Notes: generated from the letters alone by a model not told the origin. 64,000 bases of DNA from Octopus vulgaris (GCA_951406725.2 OX597823.1:66278001-66342000); one strand, 5' to 3'. Positions 11,920-24,896 are shown, numbered from the stretch's first letter. Numbers and translations: made by a program.

Positions 11920-13900
11920 AAAGAGTATTATATAAGCTAATAATACGTTGATATTAGATAGCTAAATTCTGGTTATGGTTCCTTCATCGAATTTCATCAA
12001 ATGGTGAAATCATCGAATTTTCTGTCAAAAGTGCTCTAGACCGAAGTTCGGTAAACTGTCAAATGATTGAAATTCATCAAGCAGTGCACTGATCGAATTT
12101 TCCAAGAAATTAGCTCATCGAATTTCATCAAACTTTCAGATGGTCGAATTCCTTTACATGAAACACTTGCAGAAATTTCATTATACGAAATGGTCGGACG
12201 AATTTCATGAAAAGTTCAGATGGTTGCACTTCTCGAAATGGTCTATGATCAAAATATATCATAGAATTACGACCGATTTATATGAAACAGTCAGTTGATC
12301 TAATTTCTATAGGCATTAGTAATAGATGATATTCACAGGTACAAAAGTCATAGGCTAAATTTACCTAAAATCCACAGGCATAGAGCAGTCAGTTGACGGA
12401 ACTTCATCAAACAATAGACGGTTGACTGAATATCATCAAAAGTAGAGTCATCAAAAATGGGGTCACATGATCGAAGTTAGAACAAATTCCATGCTAAATC
12501 TATTGGCTGAACTGAGAGTTAACCTGAAATATAGGCATAATATAAGCAAAAATATTAAAAATTGCATCTATAGGCGTTTCTCTAAGTAAAAATACAGGCT
12601 AAATCTACAAGGATACATATAGGCTTGAGCTATGGGATACGAATTAGAAACCGAAAAATATCGGCTTAACCTGTAGGAAAAATATTATTGGCTAAATTTA
12701 TATCATATATCGATGCATATGTTCTGTTCAACAAATCTTCACGTAACATATTAATTAACTCTTTTTCTCTATACCATAAAATAGAATTTACGCTATACTT
12801 AATGGTAAATATACTATTAATATGACCTTCATACAGCACTAAATGTATGTGCTGTATGTAGGCCATATTATTAGTTAAGTTAATCAAATATAAGTTGATC
12901 AATTATTTAGAGGGCGGTCTAAATGCACAGACAACAATGTATGCAAGCTATCAGAAAAAGCTATAAGCTAAACCTCATGCAAAAACTAGTGGTTAAAATT
13001 ATAGCTTAACTGTATCTGTGACCGTTCAAATTTGATGAGACTGTCATTTAATCGAATCTCATAAAACATTGATTGAATTTGTATAAGCAATTGTATAGTC
13101 TCAATTTTATACGTCAAGATTATATGTAGGAATTCTATAGTGTAATATAATTTTAAAGGCAAAATTGAGAATATGAATTGTAAATCCCATTTCATTGAAT
13201 TAGCCAAATTAAACAAACAGTCACTAGCGCGAAACTTATCAAATACCATAGCATAGTCGAAATCTAATAGCTATATTACTGACAAATTCTATAGTCTATA
13301 TTATAGGGTAAATCTTTAAAATATAATTCTACATAAAATTACAGGATAAATAAATTGTAATCTATATGCAAATCTGTAGACTCAAAGTATGAGGTAAAGC
13401 AACAAGCATAATGTATACGAGAGTCGACAAATATTAGGAATACATATGATCTAAAGACATGTTTCTGAAAAAATACTGAGAGTCTCGGGAACGTTAAACG
13501 CACCTCAAGAAACACGTGTAGAAGAGAAATACGGAACCGAAATAGTAAGTATTAAAATAAAATTCTATGATATGGTGTGATGTTTATTAGGATTTGATGA
13601 ATTGCATGGGGACTTCTATCTCTAAATGACACACACAGACACACAGACACGCAGACACACACACACACACACACACATACATATATATATTAGATCTCTA
13701 GGTAATTAGATATTACATTCACGAACTAAATCCATAGGCAAAACAAGTACGCTGAAACAATGGCTACGTAATGGATATATACTGGATGCAGAAAATATGG
13801 CTACATATATGATCTAAAGCTATTGTCTAAATCTTAGTTAACAAATGTAAGCTAGTTGTATAGGTTAAATCTATAGTCCCAAAGTATATGTTCTATTAAG
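11920..13900. repeat. Decayed minisatellite region (~28-30 bp atcgaatttcatcaaa units, then shorter taggctaaatcta-like units)
   Basis: Recurrent (g/c)atcgaattt(c/t)...aaa about every 30 bp over 11980-12480; recurrent gctaaatctataggc-like words to ~13900. Confidence 0.55.
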
Positions 13901-14510
13901 CAAATGTTCAGTTATTCACATTTCAAGTAAGTAGAGTCAGGCAAAAGTGTTTTTAAAGCCTCATCTTAGTCTTGTAACTTCTTTCGCTTTAGAAAATGAG
14001 AAGACTAACTCAAAAATAGCATTATCTTTGATTAATACTCGTAACTGCATGAAGTTACATATATATCCAGACAAATGTATAAGTGTGATGCATTTTTTCA
14101 TGGTTCCCCATTTATAAATAACTAGCGTACGCACATACAACACATATAATCATCTGTTCATATGCAGCAATAAAATTATACGCTTTGGATGTGGACGCGA
14201 CAATATGTCTAGTGGCGCACATACCCTAATCGCTCATTTACATATCAGCACATGCTCGTATATGTGTGTATTTCAGTGTGTGTGTGTGTGTGTCTGTGTG
14301 TGCGTGTGTGCATGCATCTCTGTTGTCCGTGTGTATATGTATCTAAATATCCATACATATATTTATATTTGCTTTGGATGACAACTTAAGAATTGTAAGA
14401 CCGCAACGGAGACTATGTTGAAAAATAAACATTGGCCATACGCCATACAAGTATCTTGATGAGCCTATGAACTTTTCAGCCAACCGTCGCATATATATAT
14501 ATATATATAT

Positions 14511-14626
14511 ATCACGTGATCACGTGACCGACCAGATCATCAGATGTTGTAACACATCGCTGGTCACAATGCGTTCGCATTGTTTTAGCCTTCGAATGAC
14601 GCCATCCCGCTGGCTAAGCGAGCAGG

Positions 14627-14630
<4 letters not shown>
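14511..14630 (+). repeat. Interspersed element inserted in (TA)n; longer copy at 33553-33762
   Basis: Both copies begin atcacgtgatcacgtgaccgaccag and are flanked by (TA)n on both sides. Confidence 0.85.
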
Positions 14631-14666
<36 letters not shown>

Positions 14667-14960
14667 ACAATATTTGTGACCATTCCTAGCCGTGAGCTAT
14701 CAACTCACTCTTGCCCTTCATTCTAAACAGATACAGTCCTCTAGTCTTAGATTTAGTAGTTGATGAAAAATACAAATAAATTAGAAATGAACCACACTCA
14801 TTTACAAGCTATGACCCCAGTGGGCTTCTTGCCATTCTTGGAAGTGTAGTCTATCCTTAGCTACAATAGCGACAACATGAATTTCTTCTATCTTCTAGAT
14901 CTGTTAAAGTATTTGAGAAAAATTATACTAATGCGTCCAAGTGTTTAAAATTCTATTTAC

Positions 14961-15044
14961 GCAGCTGATGATAGTGCTGCATTTAAATTGATGTAATGAT
15001 TGCATTGTTCAATTAAATGGAGCCGCTTGAAACGGTCATACTGC
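14961..15044 (+). ncRNA. Type I hammerhead ribozyme motif with long stem II
   Basis: gcag CTGATGA tagtgctgcatttaaattga...tcaattaaatggagccgctt GAAACGGTCATA ctgc; stem I gcag/ctgc. Confidence 0.65.
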
Positions 15045-15099
15045 ATCACTTCTTTATATCATGTTGCTTATTTTGATATAAATATAAATATATATATAT

Positions 15100-16070
15100 A
15101 GTAAGAAAAATCGAGGAGGGGAATGTTCGATTATCCCCACGTGGTGAATTGTAATGCATTATATATATAATAAAAGAAGGAAAATGCACATAGTTTTAAT
15201 GTTTTAAAATATATTTTGTTAGTAAAAGTGTATTGTGTTTGTCGATTGGTTTCGCTCTCGGTAATCATGTCAATGAAATTATTGTAATTACGTATTATCT
15301 TAAGAAAATTTTAGTCCATGCTGCGTAGGTTTTTTTTGTAATTGAATGAGTGAACAGGTAGAAATATCTAACGTGGGGGGCAATTGGTGATAATTATTAT
15401 TCGGAACAGGGGAGAGGTATTTGCTTAATTTTGGCGGAGAGGTTAAATAAGTACACAAAAACACAAAAGCTTAGGTAATGCAATATTTGTAGTGATGTAT
15501 ATGTGAACATGAATTGAAATATATACTCAGATCATATTTAGGCGTGTTCTGTATTTTTCGATAAATACGTTTTCTTTTTTTGTACAGAAATTATTTCTTT
15601 GCACTGGCAGATGGGGAAATCTGAAGTTTGGTTGTATATTAATACAACCAAACTTCAGTTTTCCCCATCTGCCAGTGCAAAGAAACAATTTCTGTACAAA
15701 AAAAGAAAACGTATTTATCGAAAAATACAGAACACGCCTAAATATGATCTGAGTATATATTTCAATTCATGTTCACATATAGAAATCCCTCTCTGTGTGC
15801 ACTGAAAGGAATCTGTCTGTACTGTGGTAAACGGATCTGTTCCTTATGTAGTGTGGTTCTCCATCTAAGGGTCATATTTGCTCGTCCTATACACTTATGT
15901 CGACAACCTGAAAAATTTATAACATACATAAGATTCTCGAAGGTAGAAGTGAAGTTGGTTTTAATTGTGAATCTCTTTCCTTGTTTGAATAGGAATTCCG
16001 AACCTTCCTGCATGTTGGGGCCAGTTCCACAGTTTGGACATCCACATATTTAACCATTGGCTTCCTGGTT
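15100..16070 (-). mobile_element. Penelope-like element 3' fragment (Cys-rich linker plus GIY-YIG endonuclease) between (TA)n tracts
   Basis: CGCPNCGTGPNMQEG..FTIKTNFTSTFENLMYVINFSGCRHKCIGRANMTLRWRTTLHKEQIR; C-terminus KKENVFIEKYRTRLN continues at 15637->15530. Confidence 0.85.
15498..15781. repeat. Near-perfect 284-bp palindrome (140-bp arms, 4-nt loop)
   Basis: 15498-15637 is the reverse complement of 15642-15781 with 2 mismatches. Confidence 0.97.
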
Positions 16071-16072
16071 GT

Positions 16073-16103
<31 letters not shown>

Positions 16104-16864
16104 GTGTGTGTGTATGTTTATGTGGTATGTGTATGTATGTGTGTGTGTGTGTGCGTGCGTGACTAACGTTCATTCAGACATTACCCTGCCAATTTTTCTT
16201 CGCAAAACCTAGGCTTGTTCAACACGGCAATAGAATATACTTGTTTAATGTTGCTTTGAATATGCATCTTCACATATATTGACTGACAATTCTGTTACTT
16301 TGGAGTTCATTTGTTGGATCTGATAGCCTGGGTATATGAAGTTGAAATATTCCAGAAAATTATGAGTGGGCGTAGAACCACGCATATGATATGGTTTTAC
16401 AACGTCAATAATGACGAACCTTGTAAATTTGAAAACTCCTTTCATTAGTGTAAATATGCTATATTTCAAAGCAATTTAACGGCGACAACACATGGAAATA
16501 ATTAGATATTCACATGAATTGGTTAATTACCATGGTGCTTATCGAGAATCAAGACATTTCTAAAGCAAATTTTGAGTCCTCAATGGAATGAAAGTGTCTT
16601 CATATGTGTGTATGTGTGTATGCGTGTATGTGTGTATGTGTTTGTGTGTGTGTGTGTGTTTGTATGTGTGTGTTTGTGTATGTGTGTGTGCGACTTGATT
16701 GCATCCTGAGCGTGTCTCCATTTTCTATTTCACCTAATTTTCTCCCTCATATGTCTTGCTTGTCCCCGGATTTAAATCCCACACAAGTTATTCCTTTTTT
16801 CCCTAGGACACTTAAGCAACATTTATCAACCTTCTAATTATTCTCTCGTATCTTTCCTTCTTCC

Positions 16865-16947
<83 letters not shown>

Positions 16948-17073
16948 TGTGAACCGCAGGGTTCGTCGTATTTGGAAAATCCACTTATAGAAAATGGAAA
17001 AAACAGTCTTTGACTGCCATTTCTAATTCCTCCGGTATGCGGCGAGGCAGCCTGCTGCCCGCCCTTTAATTAT

Positions 17074-17112
<39 letters not shown>

Positions 17113-17120
<8 letters not shown>

Positions 17121-17158
17121 ATGTTACATTACTCGGTAGTAATGTAACATATTGTATA
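17113..17158. repeat. Perfect 21-bp-arm hairpin at a (TA)n edge
   Basis: tatacaatatgttacattact-cggt-agtaatgtaacatattgtata. Confidence 0.95.
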
Positions 17159-17479
17159 GATAAATTCCCTCTATTTACATAATATTGAGGTCTCTTTCTT
17201 TCTTTTGTTATCTTACCGTTTTATCAATATATATATATATGGGTATAGATGGATGAATATATATATATTATTCTCATCATAAACCGTATGAATCGCTACA
17301 ATATATCAACGTAAAATGTAATGACCATAGTTTGGCTTATAACAGAATTATCACTGGTGTTTCTATCAGGATTTCTGACCTGTACTCTAATGAGGATATA
17401 TTTAGTAACCATGTGTCGTAGCATCTCCCCTCTTGTGTGAGATTTCATTTATCCCCATTACTAGACTAAAAACAAATCC

Positions 17480-17740
17480 CACTCTTCTCTTTCCCGGAGT
17501 GGATTTTGAGCCCGCCAGCCTTGTCTCTCGTCATCTACATACTTTCTCTCTGCAACTGAATCACCCTTCTTTCGGCTGTCTCGGCGGTTAAATGATCTAA
17601 AGTCTCTCCATGCTGACCTGTCCATTACCTCCCTGCACTCTAAGCGCTCCATGGACAGGAAATACGTGGCCTTGATGGTTCCCACCACTACTCTCTCTTC
17701 AGGTCAGAACTTTACTCAAATCCATTTTTCAAAATCCTAA
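17480..17740 (+). mobile_element. Possible decayed 3' end of an L2/CR1-group LINE
   Basis: GC-richer island ending in a frame reading FRSELYSNPFF, similar to the RT..Y.NSFF C-terminal motif. Confidence 0.25.
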
Positions 17741-19105
17741 GCTCTATTTTACCATCATACCACACGTGCTACCTCATCTTTTTACCAAATTATGCTACTC
17801 CAAATTACGTTACACATGTATATAAACATCAATAAATTATAGTAACAAATATTCTGACAGTCATATGCACATAGTACTCCACTTAAGATAAATTGAGTAA
17901 AATCTTTAAAAGAAAATATTTTACGTTTAGTTAGATTTGCGGAATATAAGATTGTAAATCTCTTGCCAAAATCACAAATGCGAAGACTCTACACAACGAA
18001 ACAATTAGGAATATTAATATAGAACAATATCAATTACGATAAAACAAAATCCTCTTTTAAGCAAATGCAGGATCACGAACTGATTCCTATATTGTACCAA
18101 AATAATGCATAAAGCCACGCTAAAGTAACATCGATCTCTGTAAAATTAAAACGTTATGTATTCGGTGTGGCAACTGCTTTTTATGTTGTTCGTCCGCCGA
18201 TCCACCAAAGACCTTCTAGTTTCTCAATATACAGACGGTAATTTCATCAGGGCTATTGGATAGTGACTGAAGTGAAATTGCGAGGTTTTATAGCATTTTA
18301 ACTTCTGGCCTGCCAGAGTCGCTCTATTGCAATTAGTTTCATGCTATCTCTTGGACTCCTTATATCATTCTTAGCCTTAACGAATGCAAGCTTATACCTA
18401 TTCTTTTATATGTGTTACATCATCTTCCCCCCGTTGCTATATATCTATGCCTGCGTGTATATACTTTGGAGCGTACTCTTCATGTTATTTTATTATATTC
18501 TACCCACACATCATGAATCAACTCATGCAAGATTAGAAGACATTCGCTGCACAGTTTCATCGAAAGCACATTTTGGCATATAAGATTTTGGATATTGTAT
18601 TTGCACATGCAAACTCATGTTCTGGATACGGAGAAGCCGTGCATAATTATGAAATATATTATATAAAGTCAAGTTAAACTCTTTTCAAAGAATAGCGCTT
18701 TATTATCAACTAGCTATCGTTTCATTGGATTAAATAAAATTGTATCGTAAAGAGAAATGCAGATGACATAAGCAATTTTCCCTTAAATATTGACATTAAT
18801 CAAGAAATATAATGTTTTGATAGATGTTTGGAAACAAAGACCGTGGCATTATTATGATTTTAAAAATGCATCTTATGAGAAGTGAAGTTGCAGGCAATAG
18901 TCCAGTTTGTGGTGAATGCTATAATCCATTGGTAATATATGCACGAATAATTACACATTCACTCTTGAACAATGACGCGTACCAAGTTTAATCCTGAATA
19001 TATATTGCAGTACTGTCCAAACAAATAACTACATAAATGTATATATATATGGAGCGTCTAAATAGCAACTTCCTGTTTCTTTCCTTTAATCACGCACAAA
19101 CACGT

Positions 19106-19175
<70 letters not shown>

Positions 19176-19336
19176 ATAAGATTTTACGTTCTATGGTCAT
19201 ATTCTGCCGAGGTTGGTCGACAAAATAAGTATCAGATGAACATTGAAGTCGATACAATCGACACACCTCTCCTGGAATTAATGGTTTTGAGTCAAAAGTC
19301 GAAACCTATATATGTGTATATATGTATGCATGCATC

Positions 19337-19860
19337 TCTATAAGACTGCCAAGGTGACTCAACATATTTAACCCTCGGTGATGGAGTAATGAGTCAATGA
19401 TGAAGAGTAATCAAATCCAAAATCAACGCTGATATGAATTAATCTCGCTTGCCGTTCGTGGGGGTGGAGAGATATTGGCTTGTCTCCCTTTTCAGTCGTT
19501 AGAAAAGTGTTTTCACGTGGCTAAGCGTTGTTTTGACTTTTATTTCTAGCAATTCTGGTGCTGGCTACTATCCTCCTTCCCCTTAGTGATGACTATACTA
19601 GTTACCTTTCTGATGTAAAATGCGAATAGCCACCTTAATAATTTATAATTCTCACTTCACTATTTTCGGAATCGTTCAATGCTGCCTATGGTGTTTTCTA
19701 CAAGTCTGACAATGTGAGTTAAGTTCGTTAACCCTCGGCGATGGAGCAATAAGTAACTGATGAAGATTAATCAATTCTTATATCAGCGCTGATATAATTC
19801 CATCTCGCTAGCGTAGGAATTTGTCTCTCTTCTCAGTCATAAGAAAAGTATTCTCACGTG
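19337..19860 (+). repeat. Diverged tandem duplication, period 360 bp
   Basis: accctcgg at 19371 and 19731; about 170 bp of homology in each copy; copy 2 has CTGATGA at 19757. Confidence 0.85.
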
Positions 19861-19881
19861 TTTTGTATACGAGTAACAATG

Positions 19882-19912
<31 letters not shown>

Positions 19913-20559
19913 ATGTGTGTGTTTGTGAGTGTGTGTTTTCGTGTGTATGTGTATGTATGTGCGTGTTTACAGTAAAAATTGAGCCTTCCTTTGTCAGGTC
20001 TTGTCGAATATCAGTTTTTTCTTCTAAATAAAGTGCCAGGTAGCCTTTCATCAAACCTCCAACAGGCACTGTGGTTTTAAGTTACTTATATAAGGGACAA
20101 TGTTTTCTTTGATTTTCTTCATAATGGACTTACCGCATCTAAAAGAAATTCAAATTTTTGTGCAAATGATGAACACGAAAATTTCATGATTCTCTGTTAT
20201 TATAGAATTGATCAAATATCTTTTCAATATTCTCATCGTTTCCTCTTTACTATTTTAATCTATGAAATTGTCATTTCACGAAGCAATAGTTTCTTCACAG
20301 TTGTATGTCTCCTCGTGTATCTCCCTCATCACGCAATTTTACACTAATTTCAATTCATATACTACTAAATATATCGGTACTATTGAAATACAATTTGGGC
20401 TGGTGTTTCATTGTATCATATTTGAGTTTCAATATTGGAATCGTTTTGAGCATAGTGTTTCCCAAAAACGTATTTTACCCCATTCACCCACATATTTGCA
20501 GGTTAAAATTTGATTCAACCAATTCCTTGTATTAAAATTTGGACTTTAATCAACAAAGA

Positions 20560-21900
20560 TGCTTTAACAAAATCCGAAAGTAATATAAGATGTTTCTGGG
20601 AATGCATTGGATTTCAGATTCAGTTATGACAGAAATTGATATGGTGCTATTCAGCCTTCTGTGGAAAAAAATGTTACTATTCTAGTTAGCAGCAAGCAAT
20701 CCAACCAATGGAAGAATCCTTATCAAAGATTACAAATATCATTTTTCATTAATTTTCCATTGAATATCAGTTCTATAATAAGCCACGAGCCCTGCAATGT
20801 CCTAGAATTCAGACCTAAATTCTCTTAACAAAACTTTTTCGTTTATAAGATGTACATTCCAGATTTTTATCATCACTTTGCCATTTTAATTGGATAGATC
20901 CATTGAAGTATTTTTATAACTTGTACTCCCATAAAATCACAATCAATATTTCTATCATTTTTCTCTCGGTGTATCAACTTGAAGCATACACATTTTCCGT
21001 TATAAAGAATTTCTGATGTCCAGAAGCTTTTAGGTGAATAAATATCGATCTTACAGTAACGAAGTTAAGTCTGATTGTGTTTCAGATTTTATTCTTCTTA
21101 GCTGGTATGATTTTTTCATGACAATACCAAAATAACACCTAATAATCTTAATACCTCTATAATTTTAATACCACTGCCAACAAATTTCAAATTTGCTTTC
21201 TTCTTCTTGGCTAACAACACCAATGTTATCATTCAGTCTACTTGCCAAAAATATTATGTGGTGGATAATTCTACGGAGAACATTTCACCAATTTTAAAGC
21301 TTGTTCTTCAATACTATTCGATATTAAAAGCACTATAACAATGGCTCTTGTATTTTGTAAAATATAGCTTTCCGTATTCTCACTTTGATTGAAGCTGTAT
21401 CGATTAATTTTTTTCACCGTTTTATTTGTTGAGGTCTATGACTTTCTGGTGCTCGCTAATTATGGAATCCCCTTTGTGATTGTAATGTCATGAAAATAAC
21501 AAGCAACAAAATCAAAATGTTATTTTCTTCTCTAGAGAGTAAACAAATCATGACTGTTAACCTACTACACATCCAACTCCCAAGCTTCATTTGCACAATC
21601 TTTCCCTCACTGATCGTTCGTTGTTGGAACAATACACGTTTACCGTTTTAGAAAATACTTCAAAGCAGATTTCTTTGTCCGGGGGTCATATGATGAATTT
21701 ATATTTCCCTGCATTTTACCGCACTTTAAGAAGCGTATTACATGATACTAAATCACACGTTTACGCTTTCAATAATGAACCCTTCTAATTGCTTTAATGG
21801 AAGTATTTTTTCTTCAAAGTAACAAAATTCTTCTACAGATAGGGTAGGCGGTTGGTCTCCAAATATTCCCAATGCGATTAAATTTGTCATTTGCTTCATG
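20560..21900 (-). mobile_element. Possible ancient non-LTR RT remnant
   Basis: Broken peptides ITKGIP* and IKIIEVLRLLGVIL in the order expected for RT domains 4 to 7. Confidence 0.3.
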
Positions 21901-22118
21901 GACTTTGTATCTTTTCCAACGTTGTAGTCTTACAACTTTTGTTCACTGTATTTTCCAAATTCTCTGCCTGACAGAAACACACAGAATTGTATACACACAC
22001 GCATATATATATATATATATAAATATATAAATATATATATATGTATATATGCATATATATATATATATATACATACATACATACATACATATATATATAT
22101 ACATGCATACATACATGC

Positions 22119-22163
<45 letters not shown>

Positions 22164-22918
22164 TGTGGGGGTGGGATATCGAGAGAGTGAGATGTTAAGG
22201 GAACACTCTTAATGATAACGCGTTTTAGTTTTGGTTTTGGTAGTAAATGATTGGGATGTGAAGATACTGCTGCCTGAAAAATTCTAATAAATTACATATT
22301 TTTCAATTATATATTAAAAAGCTAGATATAAATGCTACATGATTGAGTTATTAACAATAGCAAAGCATTGTTAAGAGGTAATGTAAAAAAAAATATTTTA
22401 AAATTATGGGAGATAAATATCCCAATTAGAATAAAATAAAATAATTTTGTAACTAAAACAACAGAAATCAAAAATCTATAAACATTGGAAATGTCAGGAG
22501 TAATGATTCGTTGACAAAATATATGTAACAAAAAATAATGAATGAATTTTCTGATGGATTTACTTCCACATTCATAATGAGATAAGCCTAAAGTCGAAAT
22601 CACAATTTCTTATTTTGTTGTTATCTATTAATATTTGCAGTTACATTTTGTTCGGAAAGATAATTTTCTAATTTAAATAGTAAAAATAGCAAATGCTAAA
22701 AATATAAGGATTCAGTTACCCCTTTCTTTAAATAACATAATCATGGGAAGAGCGTTATCCTAAACCCATATAATTCTTTAACATCCTAAATACAAATTTC
22801 CTGGAACTTATGATTCATTGACGTCGAACAATCTAACTGCATATTAGGAAATGTCAACCATGAATCCGGATTGCAATACATATGTATGTGTTTGTTTTTT
22901 GAATTTTATGTAAGTTCC

Positions 22919-23077
<159 letters not shown>

Positions 23078-23365
23078 GAGTGTATTTTTACCTTGTTAAC
23101 AATTATAGAGCGAGAATACAGATGTAAGCATTGGCAAAAACATACATTTAGTGCATATAAGTAGTCTCTATCATTATATATAATTTAAACTTTAATTTCC
23201 TTTATATTTAACATTCACTATTAATATCCCTACTCTTTCTGTTAGCTACTTATGACGTTATATCATATAACGTTTTTTTAAACAATATTAATAGCGTTCT
23301 GTCTATCGCTATACAAATCCATCATTTTTTGCTAAAATGTCGTATTGACGAGTTTCGTTTTTTTC

Positions 23366-23451
23366 ACTTTCCCGAAGAGAAGATTGCATTGTTTATACCA
23401 TTTATTCTTTTGAATAGTATCAGTGGAATTTTCGAAACATGTGTCGAAAGT
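23366..23451 (+). ncRNA. Degenerate type I hammerhead motif
   Basis: actttc CCGAAGA gaagattgcattg...cagtggaattttc GAAACATGTGTC gaaagt; a truncated relative at 10370-10426 (minus strand) reads ACATATGTA gaaagt. Confidence 0.65.
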
Positions 23452-23717
23452 AAAAATATTTGTTTACACCTGCGTTAACTCCATTTTTTATTCATATATA
23501 TATATATATATATAAAATATTTAAATAAATACGTTCCCTAGTTGTAAGCACTACCCGCAGCGAATTATTCACTGCAGCCCTTCGCTCCAGGAGTCTCTCA
23601 GCGCGCCAGAACCAAGACATTTGAAATTTTATTCCCGATGTAATCAGTAAGACTAAGCACGTGTCTGTCTTGACACAGAGAGCTGGGGTTAGTCTTGCGG
23701 TTTGCATCTCGAGGACC

Positions 23718-23795
23718 AAATGTACTGATGAAGTCACGGACACTTGAATTATGCAAGTAATTCTTTTGTTAAGACCGAAACCGAGGTATGCATTT
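23718..23795 (+). ncRNA. Type I hammerhead ribozyme, copy 1
   Basis: aaatgta CTGATGA agtc...gacc GAAACCGAGGTA tgcattt; 7-bp stem I; predicted GUA cleavage after 23788. Confidence 0.8.
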
Positions 23796-24263
23796 AAGTC
23801 TGTTATTTATTTAATTTTTCATATGTCCTGCCCGCCAAAGTTGGTTCTGGTGTTCGCTGAATTCTTCCTCTAGAGAATTTCCCCTGTAGTTTGATCGTTG
23901 ATGGTCTTCTTCTAGCATTCTGGCCGGCTACCTAGCAGGCCAGCCCTGCCAATATACACATATATTTGAATTTTCTCTGACTCCTCAGATTTTTTGAATG
24001 CTGGACTACTGGTTTTAAATTGATATTAAAATTAATATTAATTTATCTCCCTCAATTTTTAAATATTTAAATAAATACGTTCCCTAGTTGTAAGCACTAC
24101 CCGCAGTGAATTATTCACTGCAGCCCTTCGCTTCAGGAGTCTCTCAGCGCGCCAGAACCAAGACATTTGAAATTTTATTCCCGATGTAATCAGTAAGACT
24201 AAGCACGTGTCTGTCTTGACACAGAGAGCTGGGGTTAGTCTTGCGGTTTGCATCTCGAGGACC

Positions 24264-24341
24264 AAATGTACTGATGAAGTCACGGACACTTGAATTATGC
24301 AAGTAATTCTTTTGTTAAGACCGAAACCGAGGTATGCATTT
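24264..24341 (+). ncRNA. Type I hammerhead ribozyme, copy 2
   Basis: Identical to copy 1; predicted cleavage after 24334. Confidence 0.8.
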
Positions 24342-24503
24342 AAGTCTGTTATTTATTTAATTTTTCATATGTCCTGCCCGCCAAAGTTGGTTCTGGTGTT
24401 CGCTGAATTCTTCTTCTAGAGAATTTCCCTGTAGTTTGATCGTTGATGGTCTTCTTCTAGCATTCTGGCCGGCTACCTAGCAGGCCAGCCCTGCCAATAT
24501 ACA

Positions 24504-24532
24504 TATATATATATATATATGTATATATACAC

Positions 24533-24585
<53 letters not shown>

Positions 24586-24630
24586 TATACATATATATAT
24601 ATACATATATATATACATATATATATATAC

Positions 24631-24688
<58 letters not shown>

Positions 24689-24703
24689 GTATATATATAT
24701 ATG

Positions 24704-24751
<48 letters not shown>

Positions 24752-24770
24752 ATATGTATATGTATATATG

Positions 24771-24847
<77 letters not shown>

Positions 24848-24896
24848 ATATGTATATATATATGTGTATATGTATATGTATATATATATGTGTATA

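Larger units (their letters stand above)
23515..24503 (+). mobile_element. Non-coding tandem HHR-bearing repeat (retrozyme or Penelope-pLTR-like), 546-bp period, inserted in (TA)n
   Basis: 23515-23958 vs 24061-24503: 3 substitutions and 1 indel by eye; ~102-bp spacer; (TA)n on both flanks. Confidence 0.9.

Noticed and set aside
18200-18260. Minus-strand CTGATGA...GAAAC...GTC
   Set aside because: Stems I and II do not pair convincingly; could be chance
22322-22800. Hydrophobic AT-rich ORF with YECG, suggesting a mitochondrial ND3/ND5 NUMT
   Set aside because: No sustained match to conserved ND motifs in any frame; composition alone explains it
23492-24289. Duplicated 76-83 aa minus-strand ORF (MSVTSSVHLV...)
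   Set aside because: GTG start, no recognisable motif, antisense to the hammerhead; duplicated only because the DNA is duplicated
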